A stretch of DNA of 64,000 bases from an uncultured Chloroflexia bacterium (GCA_963810095.1 CAWEMM010000012.1:64001-128000); one strand, 5' to 3'; positions 1-10,245 are shown, counted from the first letter of the stretch. Notes: generated from the sequence alone by a model not told the origin. Program-made: numbers and translations.

Positions 1-1217
1 CGGCCGCCGTTTCCGCTTCATCGGTGTGAACCTGCGCGGGCTGGTGCATTACAACCAGTCGCCCGGCCGGCCCTACGCCGATGCCCGGCAGCAACTGCGG
101 GCCGCGCCGCGACATGGGTGCGCGCGTCGTGCGCGTCTTTGCCCCGCACGCCGAAGTCTCGCCCGCGGACACGGTCAACCGCATGCGGAATCTGCTCAAC
201 CTGATGCAAGCCGAGTTTCCGGACATGTACCTGATCGTCAGCCTGTGCAACCTGTACAGCGACGTCGACTTCCGGGTGCCGGGCGACGACGCGGCGTACA
301 GCCTGGACCCCGGGGGACCGAGAATCCTGGGGCTCGATTGGTTCCGCCAGGGCTACAAGGGCCCCTACACCACCTTCGCGCGCACGCTCGTCACTGCCTT
401 CCGAGACAACCCGCGCATCATGGCCTACAACGTGGGCAACGAGCTCAAGGCGCAGGAGGCGCCCGATCTGCTGGTGGGCTTCATGCACACGATGGCCGCA
501 CAGATCAGAAGTTGGGACGGTGGCAACCACCTGATCACGACCGGCATGATCAGCACCCGGCACGCGTTCATGGCGGGCAACGACGCGCTGCGCATGAAGC
601 TGTACAGTTCGCCCAACCTGGACTTCATCACGAATCACTCCTACCACGGCGATAACAACGACACGCCGAGCATCGAGGACGACAGCGACCTGTCGATCCG
701 GCTGGGCAAGCCGCTGCTGATCGAAGAAGCAGGCTTTGTGGGCAACGGCGACCGGTCCGGCTGGTTCGGTGCAGATCTGCGGCGGCTGGTGGACGAGAAG
801 CGGGCGGGCGGCTTTATGCCGTGGGGCTTTATGGTGGGCGGCGACAACAACGACGGCGATAACGCGCTGGGTATCGACCACGTCTGGCACGGCGCCGACT
901 GGGGCACGCTCAACAACCTCTTCCGCGACAAGGCTAACAACCTGGCAAACGATAACGCGGTCATCGACGTGCCGAAGCCGGTCGCAAAGTTTGCGGTCGG
1001 GCAGACGGTCTGGACGCAGACCACGGTGAACATGCGCAAGGCTCCCGGGCTTGCTGCCGGGTTGGTGCAGCAGCTGACGGCCCGCACCCAGGTCGTCATT
1101 ACCGGCGACGGCCAGACGCGCGACGGGCTGCTCTGGTGGCCGGTGCGAGCGGCCGACGTCACCGGCTTCGTTGCACAAACCAACAAGTCCAACGTCATCC
1201 TGCTTGCGGCTGCCTGA
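1..1217 (+). CDS. GH5-like (clan GH-A) glycoside hydrolase with C-terminal SH3b-like domain; 5'-truncated, frameshift near 105-110
   Basis: Frame 2 reads GRRFRFIGVNLRG, then shifts to RDMGARVVRVFA; acid/base motif YNVGNE, H-S-Y, nucleophile KPLLIEEAG; tail VNMRKAPG...DGLLWWPV...GFVA is SH3b-like. Confidence 0.75.
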
Positions 1218-1518
1218 GGGCCGACCGCGGCAGTGGCGCTGGTGCCCTGCTCGTACTGTTTTGCCGGGGACCGCTGGTCCCCGGCGCCCCCGCCAGGGGG
1301 AACCCGCTGCGGCGGCAGCCCCCTTGACCCCCGAAGATGCTCGGGGGAAGCGGCTACCGTGCGGCAATGCCTGTGTCTGCACGACTCGGCGGTGCCAACA
1401 GCCGGTGGTCTCCCCAAAAGTAGCATCCTGGGGCGCGCGACTTGATTAGTCCACAGGCGTAGTGGAGGCATGGTCGATATTTGCCGTCAAACGGGCCAGC
1501 AGCGTAGTCATTGGGGGT

Positions 1519-1645
1519 TTCGGGGGCAAAGCCCCCGAAGCGGGGGCGGCGGGGGCCAGCCGGCCCTCGCCAAAGCGAAGAGCAAGCGGGCGGCGGGAGC
1601 CAGCCGGCCCTCGCAAAAGCAAGAGGCAAGCGGGCGGGGGGCCGA
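1519..1645. repeat. GC-rich hairpin followed by about 2.4 copies of a 44-bp tandem unit
   Basis: ttcgggggc-aaa-gcccccgaa hairpin at 1519-1539; gccagccggccctcgc at 1555 and 1599. Confidence 0.7.
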
Positions 1646-1739
1646 CCGTCGCCCAGACGAAGCTGGAGGACTGGCAGCACCCGCAACTTGTGCTAGAATC
1701 TGCTAACGACCGCAACGCACCGAGGGAGAGACGAGAGCT

Positions 1740-3428
1740 ATGCTGCCTGAACCGTTCAAACCGCTTGATCCGCTCTGGTACAAGGACGCCGTCTTCTATG
1801 AGGTGTTCGTACGCGCATTCTCCGATAGCAATGCCGACGGCATCGGCGATCTGGCCGGACTGACCGGCAAACTGGAATACCTGCAATGGCTGGGCATCGA
1901 CGCCCTCTGGATGCTGCCCATCTTTCCTTCGCCGCTGCGCGATGACGGCTACGATGTGGCCGATTTCTTCGACATTCACCCTGACTACGGCACGATGGAC
2001 GACCTCAAGGTGCTGATCGCAGAGGCGCACCGCCGCAACATCAAGGTCGTGGTCGAGCTGATCCCCAACCACACCTCGGATCAGAATGCCTGGTTCCAGG
2101 CTTCACGCGACCCGGCGCACCCCGAGCACGCGAAGTACCGCGACTGGTACGTCTGGAGCGACACCGACCAGAAGTACAAGGACACTCGCATCATCTTCAT
2201 CGATTACGAGCCGTCAAACTGGTCCTTCGCACCGCTGCGCCGCCAGTACTATTGGCACCGTTTCTTCAATCACCAGCCCGATCTCAATTATGACAACCCC
2301 GAAGTGCAGCGTGCCATGCTGAAGGTGGTGCAGTTCTGGCTGGACCTGGGTGTGGACGCGTTCCGGGCCGATGCCACGCCGTACCTTTTCGAGCGCGAGG
2401 GCACCAGCTGCGAGAACCTGCCAGAGACGCATGGCTATCTGAAACGCCTGCGCTCGTTCGTCGACGGCTACGCACCGGGCACGATGCTCCTGTCCGAGGC
2501 GAATCAGTGGCCCGAGGACGTGCGCCCCTATTTTGGCGGCAACCCCGACGACCCGTCCATACGGGGCGATGAGTTCCACATGAACTTCCACTTTCCGGTC
2601 ATGCCGCGGGTCTTCCTGGCGCTCGAGCGGCAGGACCGGACACCCATCCACGAGATCCTGGCCCGCACCCCCGCGCTGCCGCCGGGCTGCCAGTGGGCGA
2701 CGTTCCTGCGCTGCCACGACGAGTTGACGCTCGAGATGGTGACACCGGACGAGCGCGAGGAGATGTGGAAGGTCTACGCGCCCGAGCCGCGCATGCGATC
2801 AAACCTCGGCATCCGGCGGCGGCTGGCGCCGCTGCTTGGCAACGACCGAGCGCGCATCGAGCTGGCCAACTCGATCCTCTTCAGCCTGCCCGGCTCGCCG
2901 GTCATCTACTACGGCGACGAAATCGGCATGGGCGATAACATCTTCCTGGAGGACCGGCGCGGACTGCGCACGCCGATGCAGTGGCAAGATGCCCGCAGCG
3001 CCGGGTTTTCCGAGGCCGATCCGTCTGAATTATACTCCCCGCTCATAGCTGACGAGACGTACGGCTACCATCGCGTCAATGTATCGGCCCAGCGGGCCGA
3101 TCCTGACTCGCTTCTGAACCGCATGCGGACGATGCTGGCCGTGCGTAAAGCACACCCGGCGTTCGGCCGCGGCGACTTCACGATGCTGTTTCCCGAAAAC
3201 ACGCACATCCTGGCCTGCTTGCGCAGTTACCTGGGCATTACGCTGCTGTCAGTAAACAACCTCTCGACAGAGCCGCAAGAGTGTGAGATCGACCTGTCGC
3301 AGTTCGCAGGCGCGACGCCGATCGACCTGTTTACCACCGAGCGACTGCCCGCCGTGAACGAGGCGACCTGGACGCTTTCGCTGCCGGGAAGCGCCTACCG
3401 CTGGCTGCGCCTGGCCTCAGAGGCGTGA
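1740..3428 (+). CDS. treS: Trehalose synthase / maltose alpha-D-glucosyltransferase (GH13)
   Basis: [69 protein letters not shown]. Confidence 0.95.
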   Translation: MLPEPFKPLDPLWYKDAVFYEVFVRAFSDSNADGIGDLAGLTGKLEYLQWLGIDALWMLPIFPSPLRDDGYDVADFFDIHPDYGTMDDLKVLIAEAHRRNIKVVVELIPNHTSDQNAWFQASRDPAHPEHAKYRDWYVWSDTDQKYKDTRIIFIDYEPSNWSFAPLRRQYYWHRFFNHQPDLNYDNPEVQRAMLKVVQFWLDLGVDAFRADATPYLFEREGTSCENLPETHGYLKRLRSFVDGYAPGTMLLSEANQWPEDVRPYFGGNPDDPSIRGDEFHMNFHFPVMPRVFLALERQDRTPIHEILARTPALPPGCQWATFLRCHDELTLEMVTPDEREEMWKVYAPEPRMRSNLGIRRRLAPLLGNDRARIELANSILFSLPGSPVIYYGDEIGMGDNIFLEDRRGLRTPMQWQDARSAGFSEADPSELYSPLIADETYGYHRVNVSAQRADPDSLLNRMRTMLAVRKAHPAFGRGDFTMLFPENTHILACLRSYLGITLLSVNNLSTEPQECEIDLSQFAGATPIDLFTTERLPAVNEATWTLSLPGSAYRWLRLASEA

Positions 3429-3440
3429 TGCCGCGTGCGG

Positions 3441-3484
3441 GTTAACGGTCCGCGCACGTTCAGTTTACGGTGACCTGTCATACT
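3441..3484 (+). promoter_or_regulatory. 11-bp-period direct-repeat array plus putative -10 (CATACT) upstream of small secreted protein 1
   Basis: gttaacg (3441), gcgcacg (3452), gtttacg (3463); catact 3479-3484; ACGTTCAGTTTACG matches the site at 3977 at 13/14. Confidence 0.55.
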
Positions 3485-3537
3485 CCCGATGGTAGTCCGG
3501 ACAAGCTCGTAGCACGAGCAGGGCGACAGGAGGGCGT

Positions 3538-3807
3538 ATGAGCAAGCGGATAGCGAGTCTGGCGATTGCGGTTATGGCCGTGTTGGCGTTGTCACTCCCG
3601 GCCAACGCCAGGGGGATCGTCGACCCCATGCCCCCGCGCAGGCCGGTCACCTCGGCTCAGAAGGCCGGGCTGAGTGCGAGGCAATGGATGAAGCTTGGCC
3701 CGATGAGCCACGCCGAAGTCGAGAAGATGCGTAGGAAGGCGCAGCGACCGGAGGCAAACCACAGGCCGCTGCCGCCGCAGTGGGCGACGTCACAGGCGTA
3801 TATCTAG
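3538..3807 (+). CDS. Small secreted protein (89 aa), paralog of 4085-4369
   Basis: RBS ggaggg; Sec signal MSKRIASLAIAVMAVLALSLPANA; motif WMKLGPMSHAEV; hairpins downstream. Confidence 0.7.
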   Translation: MSKRIASLAIAVMAVLALSLPANARGIVDPMPPRRPVTSAQKAGLSARQWMKLGPMSHAEVEKMRRKAQRPEANHRPLPPQWATSQAYI

Positions 3808-3972
3808 ATTGGGGGGTTGACCGCGCGGAGGGTGTCCGGATCCTCGCGCGGTCGCCCCCACCCCAACCCATTCTACGGTTTAGGCGTGAGGGATTGCTTG
3901 CAGGGGTGGCAGTCCCTCACGTCTTTTCGCGCTCTGGGCCGGTCGCATCGTTTCACAAGAACATAACTTGCA

Positions 3973-4016
3973 GTGAACGTTCAGTTCACGATCTATGAGC
4001 GTTGCCGTGCCATACT
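3973..4016 (+). promoter_or_regulatory. 11-bp-period direct-repeat array plus putative -10 (CATACT) upstream of small secreted protein 2
   Basis: gtgaacg (3973), gttcacg (3984), atgagcg (3995); catact 4011-4016; same 9-bp gap to -10 as at 3441-3484. Confidence 0.55.
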
Positions 4017-4084
4017 CGTCTTCAGGTTGCCGAAGGCTCCAGCGGGTTTGCCCGGTGCGGCCACTGTAGAAGTGGGAGGTAGAT

Positions 4085-4369
4085 ATGAAGACTCAAGTCG
4101 CAGTCGTGGTCATCGCAGCGTTGGTCCTGCTAGCGTTCGCGGTCCCGGCATCCGCATCGGTGCGAGACTACGTCGCGCCCCAGCCTGCCCGGCACCAATA
4201 CGGCTGGGCTAAGCTGGCCCCAGTCGACCAGGCCGAGCTGCAGGCAAGCAGGCTGGCCCCTGCCGGTTCCGCGCGTCTAATGGTTCCGGCAGAGCCCCGT
4301 CCGCGTGCGCCGAAAGCAAGCCGGGGCGAATTGCGGTCTGTAAGCGGGCGCGGGCCGCTCGCGCTGTAA
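4085..4369 (+). CDS. Small secreted protein (94 aa), paralog of 3538-3807
   Basis: RBS gggaggt; Sec signal MKTQVAVVVIAALVLLAFAVPASA; motif WAKLAPVDQAEL. Confidence 0.7.
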   Translation: MKTQVAVVVIAALVLLAFAVPASASVRDYVAPQPARHQYGWAKLAPVDQAELQASRLAPAGSARLMVPAEPRPRAPKASRGELRSVSGRGPLAL

Positions 4370-4484
4370 GCGGGCGCGCCGCTCGCGGCTTCGCCGTGCG
4401 GCCTGCCGCTCCAGCCGAAAGCGCGGGCCAAGGCGGGGGTCGCACTGTAAGCCTGGTGCGGCCCCCTGGGCGCACGGACGAGAC

Positions 4485-7400
4485 TCAGCCGGCCGCCATG
4501 CCCAACTCGTAGAGCCGCTCTACCATCATTGCGCTGCCCGTCGCCCACTCGGCCTCAAACTGGCCGTAATCCAGCGCCTTCATCGTCTGCTCGACCGCCG
4601 CGAGATGCTCCGGCAAGTCGGGCAGCCACATCGAGGCGCCCATCGCGGCCAGCAGCGTCATGGCGCCGCCAAAAAGGCGTGCGGCCCGCGGCCACTGCTG
4701 CCTGGCAACCGCCACCTCGGCCAACGCTTCGACCTGCTCAGCGAGCCAGCGCCTGTCGCCCAGGTCCCGGCTCAACACCAGCCCTTCGCGAAAGTGACCG
4801 AGCGCTGCGATGGGATCGCCCCGGCGCAGCGCCATCCGGCCGAGTGCGGTCAGTGACATCATCATCAGCCGGCGGTTGCCCTGGACGCGGCAGAGTGCAA
4901 TGCTCTCCTCCAGGAATACCGCCGCCCGCTCGAAGTCGCCCTGCAGCCGCGCCACGTCGCCGAGATTGTGCAGGACGAGCGCAAGCTGGTAGCTATCGCC
5001 CAGTCGTCGCCACAGTGGCAGCGACCGCTCGCCGTATCGTCGGGAGGCATCGTAGTCCTCGCGAATCCCGGCCAGGAAGTTCAGGCCGATCATCACAGAA
5101 GCAATGCCCCGGGTGTCGCCCAGTTCCTCGTAGATCGTCAGCGCCTCGCCAAACTGGCTGGCGGCCAGCCCGAGCTTGTCCTCATAGCAGGCAACCGTGG
5201 CAAGGTTGTTGAGAGCCAGCGCGCTCCCGGCGCGGTCTCCTGCCTCCTCCCATCGCTTAAGGCTCGCCGCGTGCCGCGCATTTGCCTCCACGTAATCCCC
5301 GCGCAGCCAGGCGACCGTGCCGGCCGCGCTGTGCACCCGGGCTTGGAGTGCCGCGGGGGCGACCGCCAACTGGGACAGCGCCCGCGTCAGCCACGTGTGC
5401 GCCTCGTCCAACCGGTCCGCGCGGACCCAGTACTCACCCAGGGCCGCCGCGAGCCGCAGGGCGTCATCAACACACACGTCCGAGCAAGTGAGGCCCCAAA
5501 TCAGCGCCTCCCGGATGTTATCATAGTCGCGCTCGATCTGCTGGGCGGCCGGCACCTGCTCGGGCCCCCTCAGGCGGTCTTCCAATGCCTCGGCCGCGTC
5601 ACGGTAAAAGGCGAGGTGCCTGCAGCGCACCCGCTTCGCCTCGCCTGCCGTGTCGAGCCACTCGACCACGTACTGACGCACCACCTCCAACAGGCGGTAA
5701 CGCGCCGGTTCGGCCGCGCTCCGACCAGTGGTCACCACGAATGATTTGTCGACCAACAGCCCGAGTAGGGGCAGAACGTCGAGGGCCGGCGCCTCGTCGA
5801 AGGCACAGACACGCTCGGCTGCCTCGAGGGTGAACTGGCCTCGGAACACGGCGAGCCGGCGCAGCAGGATGCGCTCGTTCTCGCTCAACAGGCTGCAGCT
5901 CCACGCCATCGCGGCCAGCAGGCTGCCGTGCCTCGAGTCGGGGGCCGCTGCAGAAAACAGCCGGAAGATGTCGTCCAGCCGGTCGGCGATCTGCTGCGGT
6001 GTCAATAGCTTGACCCACGCCGCAGCCAGCTCGAGCGCCAATGGCAGTCCGTCAAGCTGGCGGCAGATCCGCACGACCGCGGCCACATTCGCTTCCGTCA
6101 GCTCGAACTCCCGGTCGACCGCCCGCGCCCGGTCGACAAAGACCTGCACGGCCGGGAAGCGGGCCGCGTCCTCGGGTGTCACCGCAAGGGCGGCCAGGAT
6201 CTCTGGGGCGGAGAGCGGGCTGAGGAGCCAGCGCGTCTCGCCCGTGGCGCCCAAGGGGGTCTGACTTGTCGCGAGCACGCGCACGCCGGGCGCGGCTCGT
6301 CGAATGGCGACGGCCAGCTTGCCCGCGGCCTCGGGCAGCACCTCGCAGCCGTCCAGGATGACCAGTTGCCGCCTGTTCTCTAGCACGGCCAGCACCGTGT
6401 CAAGCGGCAAGGCCCCGGGCTGTTCCGGAACATCGAGCGCCCGGGCGAGTGCGCCGGGGAGCAGGCCCTCTTCGGGCACAGCAGCGACGTCCAGAAGGAC
6501 GGCGCCGTCGGGGAAAAGCGCTCCGGCAGCCGAAGCGACCTCGAGCGCCAGCCGGGTCTTCCCGCAGCCCCCCGGCCCGCACAGCGTGATCACCGCAGCG
6601 CTGCCCCGCGTCTCAACTTCGCTTGCCAGGAGCCTGAGGAGCGCGGCAACGTCTGCCTCCCGGCCTAAAAAGCTCGTCAACGGCTTGGCGGGCATTGGCC
6701 GGGGTAGTTCCCGGAGCTTAGGGATCGCCAACGCCGTGTTGTCCACAGCAGCGGGCGGCGCGCGGGAGACCACCGCCTCCCAGTCGCCCATTCGAGATCG
6801 CCCGAGCAGCTTACCATCCCGGATCTGGTGATAGAGCTGCAGCGTCTCGGCCTCAGGCTCGACCGCGAGCTCCTCGGCCAGCACCCTGCGACAGCGCTCA
6901 TACTGCGCCAGCGCGCCGCTGCGGTCGCCCGCGAGCGCGAGCGCCAGCATGGCTTTGCGGTGGCACTCTTCCCGGGTGGGATCGATGGAGAGAAGCTGGG
7001 CGGCCCGGCGGGCAGCCGTACGGTAGTCTGCCAGGCCAAACGCGTGGTCTGCCAGCGAGCACAGCGCCTCCGCAGCCAGCCGGCGGAGCGCTTCGCGCTC
7101 CAGCGATGCCCACTCCTCGAAGGCCGCGCTGTCCTTCAGGTAGAAGCCGTGCAGAAAGTCGCCTCGGTACGCGGCGAGAACCCGGTCCAGCGCGCTTTGC
7201 TCGTCCTCTCGCAGTGTCCGGCCGTGCTCGCGCGCGGCAAGGGCCGTATCCGCGGCGCACTTCAGCTCCAGGGCATCGAGGTAGGTGGGGCGGGCAGCGT
7301 TCCAGGCCAGCGCCTGGCGCGTGATCTCGAGGTAGTCGCCGATTTGCGCCTTGAGGCTGGCGAGCGCGACACGGAGATTGCCCAACGCCTGGTCCTGGCT

Positions 7401-7562
7401 CTGCTCCTCCCACAAGAACTCGGCGAGGACTTCACGCGAGTGGCTGGTCTGGGTGTAGGCAAGATACAGGAGCAGAGCGGTGGCCTTCCGCGAGGCCAGG
7501 CCAGCGAGTGGCGCGCCGTCCAGCGTGACAGACAGACCCCCGAGCGACCTGATCTCCAGCAT
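4485..7562 (-). CDS. AfsR/SARP-family regulator: wHTH + BTAD + STAND ATPase + TPR
   Basis: N-terminal SRKATALLLYLA..SREVLAEFLW; BTAD DPTREECHR..GDRSGALAQY; TSFLGRE, Walker A GPGGCGKT, LDGLPLALELAA; TPR repeats ALALNNLA, ALVLHNLGDVA. Confidence 0.92.
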   Translation of the reverse strand: MLEIRSLGGLSVTLDGAPLAGLASRKATALLLYLAYTQTSHSREVLAEFLWEEQSQDQALGNLRVALASLKAQIGDYLEITRQALAWNAARPTYLDALELKCAADTALAAREHGRTLREDEQSALDRVLAAYRGDFLHGFYLKDSAAFEEWASLEREALRRLAAEALCSLADHAFGLADYRTAARRAAQLLSIDPTREECHRKAMLALALAGDRSGALAQYERCRRVLAEELAVEPEAETLQLYHQIRDGKLLGRSRMGDWEAVVSRAPPAAVDNTALAIPKLRELPRPMPAKPLTSFLGREADVAALLRLLASEVETRGSAAVITLCGPGGCGKTRLALEVASAAGALFPDGAVLLDVAAVPEEGLLPGALARALDVPEQPGALPLDTVLAVLENRRQLVILDGCEVLPEAAGKLAVAIRRAAPGVRVLATSQTPLGATGETRWLLSPLSAPEILAALAVTPEDAARFPAVQVFVDRARAVDREFELTEANVAAVVRICRQLDGLPLALELAAAWVKLLTPQQIADRLDDIFRLFSAAAPDSRHGSLLAAMAWSCSLLSENERILLRRLAVFRGQFTLEAAERVCAFDEAPALDVLPLLGLLVDKSFVVTTGRSAAEPARYRLLEVVRQYVVEWLDTAGEAKRVRCRHLAFYRDAAEALEDRLRGPEQVPAAQQIERDYDNIREALIWGLTCSDVCVDDALRLAAALGEYWVRADRLDEAHTWLTRALSQLAVAPAALQARVHSAAGTVAWLRGDYVEANARHAASLKRWEEAGDRAGSALALNNLATVACYEDKLGLAASQFGEALTIYEELGDTRGIASVMIGLNFLAGIREDYDASRRYGERSLPLWRRLGDSYQLALVLHNLGDVARLQGDFERAAVFLEESIALCRVQGNRRLMMMSLTALGRMALRRGDPIAALGHFREGLVLSRDLGDRRWLAEQVEALAEVAVARQQWPRAARLFGGAMTLLAAMGASMWLPDLPEHLAAVEQTMKALDYGQFEAEWATGSAMMVERLYELGMAAG

Positions 7563-7946
7563 GCGTCACTGGCGCGAAGAGCAGTCCCTTCCTGGAACGC
7601 GATGCTGCCGGCATAGGGCAGTGGGACCTTGTCGCAACCGCTCGTCTTCCCGCGCACCCGCATCTTACACCCGAACAGCCAAAGTGGCTACGTAAGATCG
7701 CACACGATAGCGCCGCATTGTTTGGCACTCGTAGCGAGCTTGTCAACGGCTTGTGTGTCTCCTTGGGTGGCTGGACGGGCCGTTGCCATACAAAGGGGTA
7801 AAGTCACCGCGGGGCGCAATGGAGTCTTGCCTACACTACCAAGTTGTGGCATGATGCACCGTGTCCGAGTTTGTGAGCCTACCTCGCTCCACGCCCGCCG
7901 ACAGTCGCGATCGTCGCGCCCTCATCCATCGTTCCCTGGAGGCATC

Positions 7947-9167
7947 ATGGGACTAGACAAACGCCAGCTGTATCGCTTTCCCTGGTCGCTGAACGACAAT
8001 CCGATCGCCTGGTTGGAAGTCACCGACATTTGTAACATCTACTGTGAAGGTTGCTATCGCCAGCACATGACCGGGCACAAGACGCTCGAACAGGTCAAGG
8101 AAGAGGTCCTGATGTTCAAGCGTTGGCGCAATCCGGACAACGTCTCGATTGCGGGCGGCGAGCCTCTCATCTACCCCCACATCGTCGACCTGGTCGCGTT
8201 CATCCACGAACAGGGCATCAAGCCCGTCGTACTGACGAACGGCGTCGCGCTTACGCCGGAGATCCTCAAGGAACTCAAGAAGGCGGGGCTCGCGGGCTTC
8301 ACGCTCCACGTGGACAGCCACCAGAACCGGCCCAAGTGGAAAGGCAAGAGCGAGGCCGAGCTCAACGAGCTGCGCCAGACCTTTGCGGACATGATTCACA
8401 AGGTCAAGGGGTTGTATGTCATCTTCAACTCGACCGTCTATCCGTCTACGTACAAAGAAATCCCGGACGTGCTGAAGTGGGGCCAGAAGAACATCGACCG
8501 GGTGCACGGCCTGGTGTTCATCACCTACCGGACCGCCAAGCTGGACGAACAGAAGGCGACCGACCTCGCCGACCACGAAGTGGACCTGAGCAAGCTGAGC
8601 TATGTCAAGGACCACTTCGATGAGGAATTCGTCACGTCGCCCGAGGTTTACCAACTGCTGCAAGAGGTATGCCCCGAATACGACGCGGCGGGTTACCTGG
8701 GCGGGACGGCCCGGCACGACAGCTACAAGTGGCTGGCCGGCGCCATGATCGGCGCGAAGGGCAAGATGTACGGTGCAGTGGGGAAGGAAACGATGGAGGT
8801 GGCCCAGGCCGGCCATCACCTTCTGAACGGCACCTACCTGGCGTATCTCTCAGAGGCGAAGGTGGGCGGCCTCGCCTTCCTCATGGCGCCGTGGGACGGC
8901 AAGGTGCGCAAGGCGTTGGTGAACCGGGTCGGCGACCTGGTCCGGCATCCCGATCGCCTGCTGCGCCCGCTCTACATCCAGTCGGTGGGCATCATCCAGG
9001 CGCCCGACATCCAGCCGAACGGCCAGGCTGACATGTGCGACTCGTGCCCCGACATCACCATTTACGACGGCAAGTTCATCAACTCCTGCCGCATGGACGA
9101 GTACCGGCTCTTCGGCGGCTTCGTCTCGGTGCAGGAAAAAGAGAAACTCGAGACGATTCAGAACTAA
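7947..9167 (+). CDS. Radical SAM protein of unknown function
   Basis: CNIYCEGC (CxxxCxxC), AGGEP, LTNG; C-terminal CDSC..C; RBS ggagg before ATG 7947; TTGCCT-17-CATGAT upstream. Confidence 0.9.
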   Translation: MGLDKRQLYRFPWSLNDNPIAWLEVTDICNIYCEGCYRQHMTGHKTLEQVKEEVLMFKRWRNPDNVSIAGGEPLIYPHIVDLVAFIHEQGIKPVVLTNGVALTPEILKELKKAGLAGFTLHVDSHQNRPKWKGKSEAELNELRQTFADMIHKVKGLYVIFNSTVYPSTYKEIPDVLKWGQKNIDRVHGLVFITYRTAKLDEQKATDLADHEVDLSKLSYVKDHFDEEFVTSPEVYQLLQEVCPEYDAAGYLGGTARHDSYKWLAGAMIGAKGKMYGAVGKETMEVAQAGHHLLNGTYLAYLSEAKVGGLAFLMAPWDGKVRKALVNRVGDLVRHPDRLLRPLYIQSVGIIQAPDIQPNGQADMCDSCPDITIYDGKFINSCRMDEYRLFGGFVSVQEKEKLETIQN

Positions 9168-9184
9168 TAGGATGCCCGTGTTTC

Positions 9185-9217
9185 AGAAACCGGGTTTCTT
9201 CCAGAAACCCGGTTTCT
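9185..9217. repeat. Paired palindromic AGAAACC(C/G)GGTTTCT units (REP-like / bidirectional terminator)
   Basis: agaaaccgggtttct-tcc-agaaacccggtttct between convergent genes; related pair at 11490-11540. Confidence 0.7.
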
Positions 9218-9242
9218 CGTCTCTTTCTGAGTCATCTGCGTC

Positions 9243-10163
9243 CTATTCCGCCTCCGCCTGGGAAATCACGGGCCCAACTGCGGCCTTTGGCGGACGGGTC
9301 GTGTCCACGGCTGCCGCAACGTGTGCGCCGAACACCGCAATCACGTTGCTGAGATACACCCAGAAAAGGGTGGCCACCACGCCCCCCAGTGACCCATAGA
9401 CAACCTCGTAGGTCGACAGTCCACTCCCCATGTACCAACTGAAGCCCGCGGTGACCAGTTGCCAGGCGATCGACGCCAGCAGTGCGCCAAAAAAGGCCGC
9501 GCGCCAGGTGACCTTGGTGTTTGGCACCCATTTGTAGAGCGCCAGAAACAGGGCAAAGCCGGCAAAGAACGGGATCACGTTGGAGAGCACGCCCCACTGT
9601 GGCGATTCAATCAGGGCCTGCAACTGGGGCACGAACACCGGAAACCGCGGGAGCAGGTCGGCGGCGAGGCTCAGGAAGATGGCGACGATAAGCAGCACCA
9701 GGAGCACGCCGGCCATCTTCAGCCCCATTACCCGCATGCCGAGGAAATTGCGCATGCGCGCATCGGGCCAAGCCTGGCTGACGTGGTGGCTGAGGGCGCT
9801 GAAGAAGCCGATGCCCGACCACAAGAGCGTCACAAGTGCGACGATCCCGACCGGCGTCTTGAGCCGGAACACTTCGTCAAAGGTTGTCAGCAGTAGCCGG
9901 CTCGGCAGCGGGGAGACGCCGGACAGCATGATCCGGATTTGGCTGTACACGCGCTGATCCTGCAGGATGACGCTGGCCGCCGCGACGAGAAAGATGAGCA
10001 ACGGAAAGATGGACAGAAAGGCATAGTAGGCCATGGCCGCCGCGGCCTCGGCGCCGCGGCGCTCGCCATACGTCGTGACCGCTCGGCGCAGCGATTGCGG
10101 CATTCGGCGAGACCAGCGCGCCGCGAGGGTGCGGGCCTCAGTTGGTAGTGTTCGCAGATCCAT
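9243..10163 (-). CDS. YihY/BrkB-family membrane protein
   Basis: AAAMAYYAFLSIFPLL, LYKWVPN, YEVVYGSLGGVVATLFWVYLS...FGA. Confidence 0.9.
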   Translation of the reverse strand: MDLRTLPTEARTLAARWSRRMPQSLRRAVTTYGERRGAEAAAAMAYYAFLSIFPLLIFLVAAASVILQDQRVYSQIRIMLSGVSPLPSRLLLTTFDEVFRLKTPVGIVALVTLLWSGIGFFSALSHHVSQAWPDARMRNFLGMRVMGLKMAGVLLVLLIVAIFLSLAADLLPRFPVFVPQLQALIESPQWGVLSNVIPFFAGFALFLALYKWVPNTKVTWRAAFFGALLASIAWQLVTAGFSWYMGSGLSTYEVVYGSLGGVVATLFWVYLSNVIAVFGAHVAAAVDTTRPPKAAVGPVISQAEAE

Positions 10164-10245
10164 CTTCCCGCCTCAACCCGTGGCAAGAACACCAGTCCGG
10201 CCAGACAAAAGCCGGTCGAGGTCCTGGTCTCCCCACAGCTTCCGG

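Noticed and set aside
18-1382. Long antisense and overlapping ORFs here and throughout (e.g. 13446-14960, 21314-22681, 30794-32704, 39453-40967, 61787-63442)
   Set aside because: Shadow ORFs of high-GC coding strands with no recognisable motifs
1519-1645. CRISPR array (also considered for 48681-48742 and the 9-nt hairpins)
   Set aside because: No unique spacers of constant length, too few units, no cas genes
3538-9167. RiPP cluster: W-x-K peptides as cyclophane precursors for the radical SAM enzyme
   Set aside because: The peptides have Sec signals rather than leaders; the enzyme is 3.5 kb away with its own promoter lacking the repeat motif; no RRE, full SPASM motif, protease or transporter is adjacent. 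Not excluded, but unsupported.
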